64,000 bases of DNA from Candidatus Zixiibacteriota bacterium (GCA_037441845.1 JBBIRK010000001.1:497284-561283), one strand, 5' to 3'; positions 19,994 through 29,861 are shown, counted from the first letter of the stretch. Translations and numbers: made by a program. Notes: generated from the letters alone by a model not told the origin.

Positions 19994-21270
19994 ACTCAGC
20001 AAATAAAACCGTGCTCGGCCTTCAATGGGGCGATGAGGGCAAAGGAAAGGTGATCGATTTTCTATGTCGGAACGCCGATATAGTGGTTCGATTCGGCGGC
20101 GGAGCCAACGCCGGCCACACCGTGGTCACCGATAGCGGCAAATTCGTCTTACACCTTCTTCCCAGCGGCATGATCCAGTCTCATACGATCTGTTATTTAG
20201 GCGCGGGCGTCGTATGTGATCCCTGGGCTTTGCTCGAGGAAATCGACCTGGTCCGAAAAAGCGGAATAAAAACCGAAGGCAGGATTTTTCTCGACAGCGG
20301 CGCTCATCTCGTTTTGCCCCATCATAAGGCGATCGACCGCTATCTGGAAACCCTCGACAATTCCTCGGCTATCGCCACCACGCTTCGAGGGATAGGCCCG
20401 GCATATGCAGACAAAGCCTTGAGAATCGGGATTACCGCAGGAACCTTGGCAAGTCCGGATACCTTGAGACGACTTGCCGGCAACTTTATCACGCGCAAGC
20501 GCACCTTGCTCCAATCTATCGGGGATCCGGAACTACTTTCGGTCGAAAAACTGACCGAATCGCTGCTGGCGATCGCCGACAAAGTATCTGCATTGGTGGT
20601 CGATGTCACCGGTGAGCTGCGGCGGGCGTCGAACCACGGCAAAAAAATCCTTTTCGAGGGAGCCCAGGGTTCGCTGCTCGATTTATCGCTGGGCACTTAT
20701 CCGTTCGTCACTTCATCGAGCACAACCATCGGCGGCCTTTTCAGCAGTCTCGGTCTTCCGCCCGGGATGCAAGGCGAGACATTCGGGGTGATCAAGGCTT
20801 ACACCACTCGTGTGGGCAACGGACCGTTCCCCACGGAGTTGCGCGATTCAATCGGAGACAAGCTGCGGGAACGCGGCAATGAATTCGGCGCCACCACCGG
20901 CCGACCGCGGCGCACCGGCTGGCTCGATCTTGCGGCCGTGAACAGAACCGCATTCATGAACGGAATCGATCGGCTTGTCATCACTAAGCTGGATGTGCTC
21001 GACGGCCTGAAAGAAATCAAGATATGCACCGCTTATCGTTTCAGGGGCGAAGTTTACGATTTTCCGCCGGTGAACAGCGCTTTCCTCGAAAAGGCCGAGC
21101 CGATCTACGAAACCATGCCGGGATGGTCGGTCGATACTTCCGATATAACCGAATATTCGGGGCTTCCCCCCGAATCTAAACGTTATCTCGACTTTATCCA
21201 AAATCGATTGGGTATAAAGATAAAATACGTATCGACCGGAGCCCACAGTCGGGCCATGATCGAGGTATAA
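19990..21270 (+). CDS. purA: Adenylosuccinate synthetase
   Basis: QWGDEGKGK, NAGHT, EGAQG, TTGRPRRTGW. Confidence 0.97.
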   Translation: MNSANKTVLGLQWGDEGKGKVIDFLCRNADIVVRFGGGANAGHTVVTDSGKFVLHLLPSGMIQSHTICYLGAGVVCDPWALLEEIDLVRKSGIKTEGRIFLDSGAHLVLPHHKAIDRYLETLDNSSAIATTLRGIGPAYADKALRIGITAGTLASPDTLRRLAGNFITRKRTLLQSIGDPELLSVEKLTESLLAIADKVSALVVDVTGELRRASNHGKKILFEGAQGSLLDLSLGTYPFVTSSSTTIGGLFSSLGLPPGMQGETFGVIKAYTTRVGNGPFPTELRDSIGDKLRERGNEFGATTGRPRRTGWLDLAAVNRTAFMNGIDRLVITKLDVLDGLKEIKICTAYRFRGEVYDFPPVNSAFLEKAEPIYETMPGWSVDTSDITEYSGLPPESKRYLDFIQNRLGIKIKYVSTGAHSRAMIEV

Positions 21271-21407
21271 ACCGTGAAGAGGCGCCGCTTGAGCAGGTCG
21301 CGAATCCGAAAAAGCAATCGACAAAACGCGCAAAAATCGAATTGATGCCGAAATAATTAAATAGGATAATAAATTCGCCGAACATTAAGTTCGGCACGGA
21401 GGGTGAA

Positions 21408-22904
21408 ATGAAAAGCAGAGCGATCGTTATCTTGGTAGGACTAATCATTCTGCCCGCCTTGGCCGCAGCGGTCGAATGGAACGGGCGATTCGGTGTCGGC
21501 CTGCGGGGCACTCTGTTTTCGCCTATGGTAAAGGGATCAGATTATGCCCCACCTGCCCCGCGTTCGGCCAACGAGCCGTTCATGATGGGGCTCGGCGGCG
21601 AACTCGACCTGAAATATGGATTCACAAAGAGTTTCGTCCTCGGTCTGAGCGCCGGATATTGGTCGGCCTACGACGATCAAACGGCTACGGAAGACCAGTC
21701 TTTCAAACTAAGCGACAATAAGAACGCCTCCGCGAAATGGACGGCGATCCCGATATCGTTGACCGGACAGATATATTTCAATCCGAACGGCAACGTTCAA
21801 CCGTATATCCTTGCCGGTGTGTGCATTGACCTGGCTAAAGTCGAACCTGTCGAAGGCGGCGGGTCTTATTCCATTACCGATGCCAGCGGCCGCGGCGGCG
21901 CCGGTTTCAATTTCTGGATCGGCGAAAGTTTCACGCTCGATATCGGGGGAAGGTTCAATTATCTGCTGGCCAACATGTCGAACGATGTGCCGGCCGATTT
22001 TATCGGCGTCACCGATTTCGGTAAGCCCGCCAACCGACCGTTCATCTCCGTGCTGCAACCCGGTATCGGCATTTCCTACCTATTCGGAGCGCCAAAAGAT
22101 ACGGATAAAGACGGCTATAAAGATAAATACGACCGTTGTCCCGATACGCCGATCGGTGCCGTCGTCGATCAACATGGCTGCCCCCTTGATTCGGACGCCG
22201 ACGGAGTATTCGACGGCCTTGACAAATGCGCCGAGACACCCACCGGGGCTCGCGTCGATCTTAACGGTTGCCCGATTGACTCCGACGGCGATGGTGTTTA
22301 CGACGGCCTCGATCGCTGCCCGGAAACGCCCAATGGGGCGCCTATAGATGCTTTCGGCTGCCCTCTGGATTCCGATAAAGACGGCGTGCCCGATTACCGT
22401 GATCAAGAACAGAATACCCCCGCCGGCGCGGTTGTCGATTCGCTCGGTGTGGCTGTCGATTCCGATAAGGATGGCATCCCCGACGGCCTCGATAAGTGCC
22501 CGAACACCCCGAGCGGCATCGCCGTGGACAGCAGCGGCTGCCCGATGGCCAAACCGATATCGGATAAGATAACGCTCAATATAAATTACCAGCCGAATTC
22601 GGTGGAACCGGACGAGCAGGCCAAAAAACAACTCGACGAACTGGCGATCAGCCTGATCGCCCACCCCGATATCCGGATCGAAATCAACGGTTATACGGAC
22701 GCTCTCGGCTCGGCCCGCACCAACCTGAAAATCTCCCAGGAACGGGCGGAAGCGATCATGACCTACCTTTCGGCCAAGGGAGTGGCTCTCGAAAGAATGA
22801 CGGCGAAAGGGTATGGCGAAGACAAAAACTACTTTATCGCGGACAACGACACTCCCGAGGGCAGAAATAAAAATCGGCGGATCGAAATAGTTCCTATTCG
22901 CTGA
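21408..22904 (+). CDS. OmpA-family protein: beta-barrel, thrombospondin type 3 repeats, OmpA C-terminal domain
   Basis: Five DxDxDG..D..D.CP.TP.G..VD..GCP-type repeats (about 22095-22545); GYTD..N..ISQERA and NRRIEI. Confidence 0.9.
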   Translation: MKSRAIVILVGLIILPALAAAVEWNGRFGVGLRGTLFSPMVKGSDYAPPAPRSANEPFMMGLGGELDLKYGFTKSFVLGLSAGYWSAYDDQTATEDQSFKLSDNKNASAKWTAIPISLTGQIYFNPNGNVQPYILAGVCIDLAKVEPVEGGGSYSITDASGRGGAGFNFWIGESFTLDIGGRFNYLLANMSNDVPADFIGVTDFGKPANRPFISVLQPGIGISYLFGAPKDTDKDGYKDKYDRCPDTPIGAVVDQHGCPLDSDADGVFDGLDKCAETPTGARVDLNGCPIDSDGDGVYDGLDRCPETPNGAPIDAFGCPLDSDKDGVPDYRDQEQNTPAGAVVDSLGVAVDSDKDGIPDGLDKCPNTPSGIAVDSSGCPMAKPISDKITLNINYQPNSVEPDEQAKKQLDELAISLIAHPDIRIEINGYTDALGSARTNLKISQERAEAIMTYLSAKGVALERMTAKGYGEDKNYFIADNDTPEGRNKNRRIEIVPIR

Positions 22905-22926
22905 ATTCAGCCATCGATTGATTTGG

Positions 22927-22966
22927 AAAAAACTTAAGGCCGCCTCGCTTTGAGGGCGGCCTTTAG
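22927..22966. terminator. Probable bidirectional terminator
   Basis: AAGGCCGCC/GGCGGCCTT stem between convergent genes, with an A-run on the left. Confidence 0.7.
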
Positions 22967-22992
22967 ATCAACCTCCTCGTTTAGGTTCGGCC

Positions 22993-23517
22993 TTACTCGA
23001 TAGCGTACTTACTGAAATGGTAGATGTTGAAACTGACCTTGCCGTCTTTGGCATTGGCCGTTCCTTGGTACACCCAATCCCCCACGTTCGGGTCGAAATA
23101 ATACAGGCTTGCCGACTTGGCCGAAGGATCCAGATCCCTCAGGTCGAAATCGATAGTAGTCGCACGATCGAAAACCAATCCGTCGGGACCGAATTCGAGG
23201 ACAACCGCGTTCTTGCCTAATATAACCTCGCGGCTGGTCTTGATACTAATGATGGTGGCTGCCTTAAGCGCTTTCTGAGGAATCTTGAAAGCGTGATAGC
23301 CGGCAATGTTGTTGATAAGTAATGAATCCGATAAGACCGACACATCCACCAACTTGGACACGGCAACCCCATCCGCCAACAGTATCGTTCTTTGCAGGTT
23401 CGGATTATCATACTCGGGCAAGGCGGTCGGCGGATTTGAAGAACAGCCATAGAACAACCCCGCGGCCAACAATACTACGCTGAGAACTGCGAATGCTTTT
23501 CTTAACCGTTTACTCAT
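22993..23517 (-). CDS. Lipoprotein with ZU5-like domain
   Basis: GGAGG RBS; lipobox LFYG-C; FKIPQKAL..EFGPDGLVF..LYYFD..W..IYHFSKYAI pattern. Confidence 0.7.
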   Translation of the reverse strand: MSKRLRKAFAVLSVVLLAAGLFYGCSSNPPTALPEYDNPNLQRTILLADGVAVSKLVDVSVLSDSLLINNIAGYHAFKIPQKALKAATIISIKTSREVILGKNAVVLEFGPDGLVFDRATTIDFDLRDLDPSAKSASLYYFDPNVGDWVYQGTANAKDGKVSFNIYHFSKYAIE

Positions 23518-23704
23518 CTTTTGACCTCCCGAGGTTATCGTTAATTTTTTTTGCCAATTCAACTGAGCCCCTTAAGTGCAGGAAATAGACCGTTTGAATG
23601 ATTTTTTGCCAGAAATTGCCAACTGATTGATAGACTGCGAATTATACGGAATTTGCCGGGTGCGCAGATAATTCACAAATTCGTCGATTATGGGGATCTA
23701 TCCA

Positions 23705-26700
23705 TCATCTATGGGATTCGACCAATAATTTTGGGGCCGGCTGAGGTGGTTTTCGCATGATTGCCGCAGCAAGCAACTCGGTGCGGATCGCGGCAAACGA
23801 CTTGAATCCCGCTAATTCCTCAAGGCTCAACGAGCTTTCGATTCGGGCGACCGCCGATTCGGTTTTCTGCCTTGACTTGACTCTTATTTTTGCGCCCGAG
23901 GGCAACGCGGCCGCAAGCAAACCTAATTCAAACCGGCTCAAAACCAAATCATTTCGGTCGGCGCAGGCGATAGCCTTATCGATAATTTTGGCCGCAGCGC
24001 TGTAGTCCCCCATCAAACCGGTCAGCGCAGCAGAGATCTCCTCGATTTCGAGCCTCGTTTCGAGCGACTCGATTTCAGCGAACTCCCGGCGGATCACCGC
24101 CAGCGATTCTTTGAGCGGCTCGAGGTTGCCGTTGAATAGGGCGTGCCATGCCTGTAAGATCCTCGCGTTGGCCTCAAGTTCTTTCGAGCCGATTTCCGCG
24201 CCCTTCGCCGCCAAATCGGATATTACTCGATTGACTTCACGCCCACAGAGTAAAAGCATCCGATTCAGGCGGATACTGTTTTCGGTCGCCAGTTCGTTCT
24301 CGCCAAGTTCATTCGCAAGCTCGATGGATTTTTCCATGTTGGCGATAGCCCCCTCGAACCGGCCGGCATAAAACATGGCATAACCCAAATCGCCGAAGCT
24401 TAACGCCAGGCAATGTCTGTCCCCGATTCGGCGGAATATGTTCAAAGCTTCGTTCAACTTATTCATGGCCTCGCCCAGATAGCCGCGTGAGGTCAGATTG
24501 GTGCCCAGATTGGCACAAGCCAAAGCCTGCGAGCGCGCCGCCCCGATCCGTTTGAATATTTTCTCCGCTTTCGTGTAAGCCGCCGCGGCTTTCTTAAGTT
24601 TTCCCGCCTTATCACTGATTATTCCGAGATTATTGATCACCTTGGACTGCCCGTGCAGATCTTTCAAGCGGCGATATAGAGTCAATGCCTTTTTATAGTG
24701 GCTTTCCGCCTTTTCCAATTCACCTATGGTCCAGAGGCAGATGCCGATATTGTTGTGCACCGAGGCTTGTATCGCCGAGGGTAATTCGTGCTCGCGGAAA
24801 ATCTCCTCCGCCTGACTGTGAAGAACCAGACTTCGCTGTAAGTTTCCCAGCCGTCGCTCGATCGTCCCTCGGCTATCCAGACAAAACGCTTTTACATGAA
24901 AATCGTTTGGAAACGACGTTTCGAGCTCCTCGATCGTCTTAAGAGCGGTTTCATAGGCTGCGGTGGTGCGATAGATTTCGCTCAGTTCTTGAAGCGACTC
25001 CTTGACTTGTTCGTCGTTTTCGCCGATCGATTTGAGCTGATTGAAATCGGCAATCGCCTTATCGTAATCGCCGATTTGCTTCGCCAGCTTTCCTCTCTGC
25101 CGCGAAATTTCCAAAAGATACGAGCGGTCATCTATGTTCCGGGCGATGGCCATGGCCTGGTCATAGAACTCCATCGCCTCGACAGTGGCGAACCTGGCTG
25201 ATGCTTTTTGGGCAGCCATGAATAAATACGGCAAGGCCTCCGTCTGAGAGCCCGCGAGAAGATAGTGTCTGGCCGGCAACTCGGGGTTTTTTAGACGTCC
25301 GGATTTTTTCCCAGCGTAGTAATCCGCAATTCTTCGATGCAAGTCGCGGCGGATGGCGAAAGAAAGACCGTTGTAGGCCACCTCCTGGGTCAGAATATGT
25401 TTGAAAATATATTCGACGATTGGATGATTCCGCTCCAGCGGCGTCAAATCGAGACCGCTTAATTCACGCAGATGATTCCTTATCACGCCGGCCGACCGGG
25501 AATCCGGATGGATCGCCTGGAGCACTTTTAGGGCAAATATCCGCCCGATTACGCTTGCGGCGCGCAAGGTTCTTTTGATAGGCCCCTCGAGATTGTCGAT
25601 TCGGGCGGTGATAACGGCTTCTATGCTCGTGGGGATTCCGTCGCCGCTGAAAATTTTTTCCGGACCAAGTTCGGCGAATGCGCGGGCCATCTCCTCGAGA
25701 TAAAACGGGTTTCCGGCCGACTTTTCGACGATCCTATCGACCAGCGATTCTTCTATGGGGCGGCCCGCGAGTTTTGCCAAGAAAAGGCGCCGCGAATTCA
25801 GCGGTGCAAGGTGACCGAGTTCAATCAGTTCCGTATTCGGCCACCCTTTAATCTGCTCGCAAATCGCACTCGGCCGCACCGCCAGCAAAATCGGCGGGGA
25901 ATCGTTATCCGCCTGAAGATTTCTCAATATCTCGAAAGTGGCGTTATCGATCCACTGAATATCTTCGATGAATATCAGCGATTTGTGTTTGCGATTGACC
26001 TCGGCGATCAATCGACAAATCAACGAACGGATTTTATCTTGCTTGATATTGTCCGGCAAATTCGCCAGCTCAAGCGGCACTGCAAGAGAATAATCGAGCA
26101 GCGGCGCCAATAAAGGTTCCCAATCCGTTTCCTCGATCGATGACAGCAAGTCATGCAAAGCCTGATGCCGTTCGCGGCTGGTCGAATTTTCTTTCAGATC
26201 GAGCAGACCGCACAAAATCATGGTCAGCGGCTCATAGGGAACCTGCTCCGTTCCCTTAAAACAGGCCCCGCTTGCCACTTTCAAGCCGATCTGCCTGGCG
26301 TAAGAAATTAATCGGGCACAAATCGCCGATTTTCCGATTCCGGGTTCGCCGCTTATGGCCAGGACTTTTGGAGTGTCGGGGTTTGTCCGCCTGACGAACT
26401 CCATCCCTCGGTTCAATTCATGTTCACGCCCGACCAGATCCTCGTTTCCGCCCTCGGTTCCCTCGTAACCGATCAACGGCCGGGCAACCACCGATTTTGT
26501 TTTCCCCTTGACCTGCAAATCGATGGACGGGGCGAAATTGAATCCCCTCCCGGCAAGACGGACGGTTTGTTCTCCGCATAGAATCCGGCCTGGGTCTGCT
26601 TTGCTCATCAGCCGGGCCGCCAGATTTATCGCATCACCCATGGCCGTGTATTCGCGCCGATCGTGCCCGCCCACGTCGCCGACATAACATACTCCGGTGT

Positions 26701-27775
26701 TGATTCCATAGCGATGTTTGACCGGAATCGGGAATATCCGGTTTACCTTCTCCAGGCCGCGTTCAATCTGCAATGCTGCCCTCAAGGCGTTGGCGGCATC
26801 GCGGCCCGAGCTTTTAGGAGCTCCAAAAAAGGCCAGAATCTTTTCGCCGGCAGGCGTGGAATCAATGCGCCCCAGCGCTCCTTCAAACCGGACCAGCGCA
26901 TTGTTGATCAAGTCAAAATAATCGGCCAACGCCGCCGTCGCCATGGCGGAATCCTTCTCGAGATTACGCCTAAGCGATTCCACGCCGATAAACAGGCTTG
27001 TCAATATCCTGTGTTCGCCCTCGACCGTACCCCCTCCGGCGGAAAGCAAATCCTCCAAGCCCACGATCAAGAACTCGGACATTTCAGCTGGTATCTTTTT
27101 CAGTTTCCCCTCGGATTTTCTCCTACAACGCCCATACTCCTCTGGCAATGCCGAAAATTCATAGAGGGAAAAACCACCCTCGATCTCTTTCGCTCCCGAC
27201 AAATTCAGGACACGGGCCGCCTCTCCGGTAATCACCATTTCCCCCAGTCCCGCCTTGTCGGCGGCGGCATACGCCTGTTCGACAGCGGGGCCGCAAAACA
27301 GATGATCGCGACGACCGCCGGGTTTGCCCAATAGCAGATTGAACGGCTTTCCCGCGCTCAGGCCGACATGGATCCCCAGCTTGATTTCGCCCTCGGGTGT
27401 GGCGATTCGCCCGTGTTCATCCACCCATGAGATCAACAGTCTGCCGCAGGTGAATGCCCTTTTTATATGATCGTCCCCCGTGAAAAAGACGAGAAACGAA
27501 TCTCCTCCGAATTTTATGACGTCCCCGTTATGATAAAACACTATCTCCAGCAAGGGTGAAAAACAGTCGTTGATGATTCCCGCTAACTTTTCCGCGCCGA
27601 TTCTGCCGACAACCGCCAATTTCTCCGAAAGCGCCGTAAACCCCGACAAATCGGCAAACAAGAGGCTTCCCTCGGGCCGGTCGAGAACGGTTGTCTGTCG
27701 GGAATTTCGACAGATTGATATCAACAAATCGGAAAGATAGGGCCGCCAGAGTTCGGTTCGATCATTTTCGCCCAT
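23705..27775 (-). CDS. Tandem class III nucleotide cyclase, STAND ATPase and TPR protein
   Basis: FADLSGFT, KFGGD (cyclase 1); GINTG, EYTAMGDAINLAARL (cyclase 2); GEPGIGKS, IEDIQW, GNPFY, FKHILTQEVAY (STAND); NNIG/NNLG/ANLG TPRs. Confidence 0.9.
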   Translation of the reverse strand: MGENDRTELWRPYLSDLLISICRNSRQTTVLDRPEGSLLFADLSGFTALSEKLAVVGRIGAEKLAGIINDCFSPLLEIVFYHNGDVIKFGGDSFLVFFTGDDHIKRAFTCGRLLISWVDEHGRIATPEGEIKLGIHVGLSAGKPFNLLLGKPGGRRDHLFCGPAVEQAYAAADKAGLGEMVITGEAARVLNLSGAKEIEGGFSLYEFSALPEEYGRCRRKSEGKLKKIPAEMSEFLIVGLEDLLSAGGGTVEGEHRILTSLFIGVESLRRNLEKDSAMATAALADYFDLINNALVRFEGALGRIDSTPAGEKILAFFGAPKSSGRDAANALRAALQIERGLEKVNRIFPIPVKHRYGINTGVCYVGDVGGHDRREYTAMGDAINLAARLMSKADPGRILCGEQTVRLAGRGFNFAPSIDLQVKGKTKSVVARPLIGYEGTEGGNEDLVGREHELNRGMEFVRRTNPDTPKVLAISGEPGIGKSAICARLISYARQIGLKVASGACFKGTEQVPYEPLTMILCGLLDLKENSTSRERHQALHDLLSSIEETDWEPLLAPLLDYSLAVPLELANLPDNIKQDKIRSLICRLIAEVNRKHKSLIFIEDIQWIDNATFEILRNLQADNDSPPILLAVRPSAICEQIKGWPNTELIELGHLAPLNSRRLFLAKLAGRPIEESLVDRIVEKSAGNPFYLEEMARAFAELGPEKIFSGDGIPTSIEAVITARIDNLEGPIKRTLRAASVIGRIFALKVLQAIHPDSRSAGVIRNHLRELSGLDLTPLERNHPIVEYIFKHILTQEVAYNGLSFAIRRDLHRRIADYYAGKKSGRLKNPELPARHYLLAGSQTEALPYLFMAAQKASARFATVEAMEFYDQAMAIARNIDDRSYLLEISRQRGKLAKQIGDYDKAIADFNQLKSIGENDEQVKESLQELSEIYRTTAAYETALKTIEELETSFPNDFHVKAFCLDSRGTIERRLGNLQRSLVLHSQAEEIFREHELPSAIQASVHNNIGICLWTIGELEKAESHYKKALTLYRRLKDLHGQSKVINNLGIISDKAGKLKKAAAAYTKAEKIFKRIGAARSQALACANLGTNLTSRGYLGEAMNKLNEALNIFRRIGDRHCLALSFGDLGYAMFYAGRFEGAIANMEKSIELANELGENELATENSIRLNRMLLLCGREVNRVISDLAAKGAEIGSKELEANARILQAWHALFNGNLEPLKESLAVIRREFAEIESLETRLEIEEISAALTGLMGDYSAAAKIIDKAIACADRNDLVLSRFELGLLAAALPSGAKIRVKSRQKTESAVARIESSLSLEELAGFKSFAAIRTELLAAAIMRKPPQPAPKLLVESHR

Positions 27776-27780
27776 AACCG

Positions 27781-28128
27781 CTACCCGGTCATGAAAAGCC
27801 TATATATATACAATACCGTGATATGTAAAGCCTGATCGATATAATAAAACTGTTTCGAATGATTTCCCCAACGTCCTTTATAAAAATCCTGCAGCCAGTG
27901 TTGAATCAATAGAAAGCCCAGGAAAAACAGGCTCCCCGCTGACAAGAAAAGCCGTGAATCGGACAGTAGAGAATAAGCGACGATAGCCGCCCAAATCGAT
28001 ACCACGTAAATCATCGAATGAAGCGTTAAATGCTTAAGCGATTCTTTTTTCTTGTTGGCTACATGATCGGTCTGGAAAGCGTAATCGCCGTAAAAATGCC
28101 CCAGAAGTAGAAAAAACATGAGATCCAT
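27781..28128 (-). CDS. DUF3307-family membrane protein
   Basis: GHFYGDYAFQT..K..LH..HWLQD..DQALH with hydrophobic helices. Confidence 0.82.
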   Translation of the reverse strand: MDLMFFLLLGHFYGDYAFQTDHVANKKKESLKHLTLHSMIYVVSIWAAIVAYSLLSDSRLFLSAGSLFFLGFLLIQHWLQDFYKGRWGNHSKQFYYIDQALHITVLYIYRLFMTG

Positions 28129-28137
28129 GGTGTCGCC

Positions 28138-29766
28138 TCATCCGGTGGGCACCGTTCCGGCTATGGCGGCACTTTCGAGACTTATGGGAAATTCAATATT
28201 GAAAATCGCTCCACCCTCGGGATTATTTTCCGCCCAAACTTTTCCCCCATGATTTTTCGCCACCCGCTTGACCGCCAGCAGGCCGAACCCGTGCCCGGTG
28301 CTCTTGCTGGTGAAATGCTGCCGGAACACTTTGCCGAGGTTTTCCGGACTCAGGCCGACTCCGTTGTCGATTATCGAAATTCGTATCGAGGAGCTGTTTT
28401 CGATATAGGTGGCCTTGATTTTGATAAGGCGGTTTGTCTTGTCGTTGGCGGACAGGGCGTCGGCGGCATTGTTCAACAGGTTCAACAAAGCCTGTTGCAG
28501 CTGACTCTTGTCGGCGGTGATCGGCGGCATATTCGGCGCAAATTCGCAAATGAATTGGACGTCATCGAACCGGTTTTGCGCTTTGATGAAAAACAGCTCG
28601 TTTTCGAGGAATCTCTGGAGATCGAATTTCTCCTTATGCGGCACGGGACGGGAATACATCATGAGGCCGTCGGCAAAACGCGTGATTTTATCCAGGCCGT
28701 CTTTCATGGCGTTGATTTTCCGCGACGCCGAAGCGATATTTCCCGAGTCGAGATCCATTTGGAGAAGTTCGAGATTGCCTATGACTATCGAAAGATAATT
28801 GTTCAATTCGTGTGCGATTTCGGCGGCGAGCTCCCCGCGGGTGGCCATCCGCTCGAGCGTCAGCATCTGCCGCTCGAAATTCTTTTCGGCGGTGATATCG
28901 CGCCCCATGTAAAGGCTGGCGAAATCGCCCCCGCGTTCGTTGAAAACTCTGGCGCCGACGAGCTCGACAAATATGCGGTCGCCCGATTTATTCACGGCCA
29001 GAGTTTCACCCCTGAAGACCTGACCTTGGGCGAGGCATTTTTCTATTTCCTCTATTACGTCGTCTTTGCCGGCCGGCTGCAGCAATTCCCGGATCGTCCG
29101 GCCGGCCGCCTCTTGGAACGAATAGCCGAAAGTGGTCTTGGCCGCGTCATTGAAAATGAACACCTTGCCGCCGGCGTCGGCCACGATCATGAAAAATTGC
29201 GACGAGGAGATAATCTTTTCCAAAAACTTATTGGCCGTTTTCAGATTGGTGTAAGACTGCTCGAGTTCGTTGGAGGTTTCTTGAAGGCGCCGGTAAGCCT
29301 GTTCAAGCTGTTCGTTCTTGATCTGCAGGTCGTTGATCATTTTCAGATCGGCCTGCCGCAGGCGCGACGAGAGCGACTCCATCACTTTCATCGCTATTAT
29401 CGGATTCTGACCGATCAGGCGCGTGAAATCCTCCCGGCTGATTTCTAACACCACGCAATCGCCTATCGCCCGGGCCGTGGCGAAACGGGGTGACTCCTCG
29501 AGAAGCGACATCTCCCCCAGAAACTCCCCCTTGCTGCGCAGCGCCAAGCGATAAGTATTGCCGGTCGCGGAATCGTTTTTAAGAATCTCGAGGGTGCCTT
29601 CCTTTATTATGTAGCAGGTGGAGGCTCTATCCCCCTCAAGAAATAATACTTCCCCCGACGAAAGGTGCTTCTTTTTCGCAACCGCGCTGAGATCGCTGAT
29701 CAAATCTTGCGGCAAATGCCCGAATATCGGCACCTGCCCGATAAGCAACTTGGTTGTTTCAGACAT
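28138..29766 (-). CDS. cNMP-binding, PAS and histidine kinase protein
   Basis: LGEMSLL..PRFATARA phosphate-binding cassette; PAS (FNDAA..FGY..DIT); AHELNN H-box, N box, DNGVG, GHGFGL. Confidence 0.9.
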   Translation of the reverse strand: MSETTKLLIGQVPIFGHLPQDLISDLSAVAKKKHLSSGEVLFLEGDRASTCYIIKEGTLEILKNDSATGNTYRLALRSKGEFLGEMSLLEESPRFATARAIGDCVVLEISREDFTRLIGQNPIIAMKVMESLSSRLRQADLKMINDLQIKNEQLEQAYRRLQETSNELEQSYTNLKTANKFLEKIISSSQFFMIVADAGGKVFIFNDAAKTTFGYSFQEAAGRTIRELLQPAGKDDVIEEIEKCLAQGQVFRGETLAVNKSGDRIFVELVGARVFNERGGDFASLYMGRDITAEKNFERQMLTLERMATRGELAAEIAHELNNYLSIVIGNLELLQMDLDSGNIASASRKINAMKDGLDKITRFADGLMMYSRPVPHKEKFDLQRFLENELFFIKAQNRFDDVQFICEFAPNMPPITADKSQLQQALLNLLNNAADALSANDKTNRLIKIKATYIENSSSIRISIIDNGVGLSPENLGKVFRQHFTSKSTGHGFGLLAVKRVAKNHGGKVWAENNPEGGAIFNIEFPISLESAAIAGTVPTG

Positions 29767-29861
29767 AACGATTAACCTTGACATTATGGTTATCGTCATA
29801 TATATCATTAACATAAGTCTTCGGAAACAGAGCGGGAAAAAGGCTTTTAAGGATGGTAACA

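Noticed and set aside
22095..22545. Periodic DNA repeats as a possible CRISPR array
   Set aside because: They are degenerate in-frame thrombospondin type 3 coding repeats, with no identical repeats, spacers or cas genes.
23545..23660. Repeated TTGCC/TGGCA words as a sigma54 promoter
   Set aside because: None gives the required GG-N10-GC spacing.
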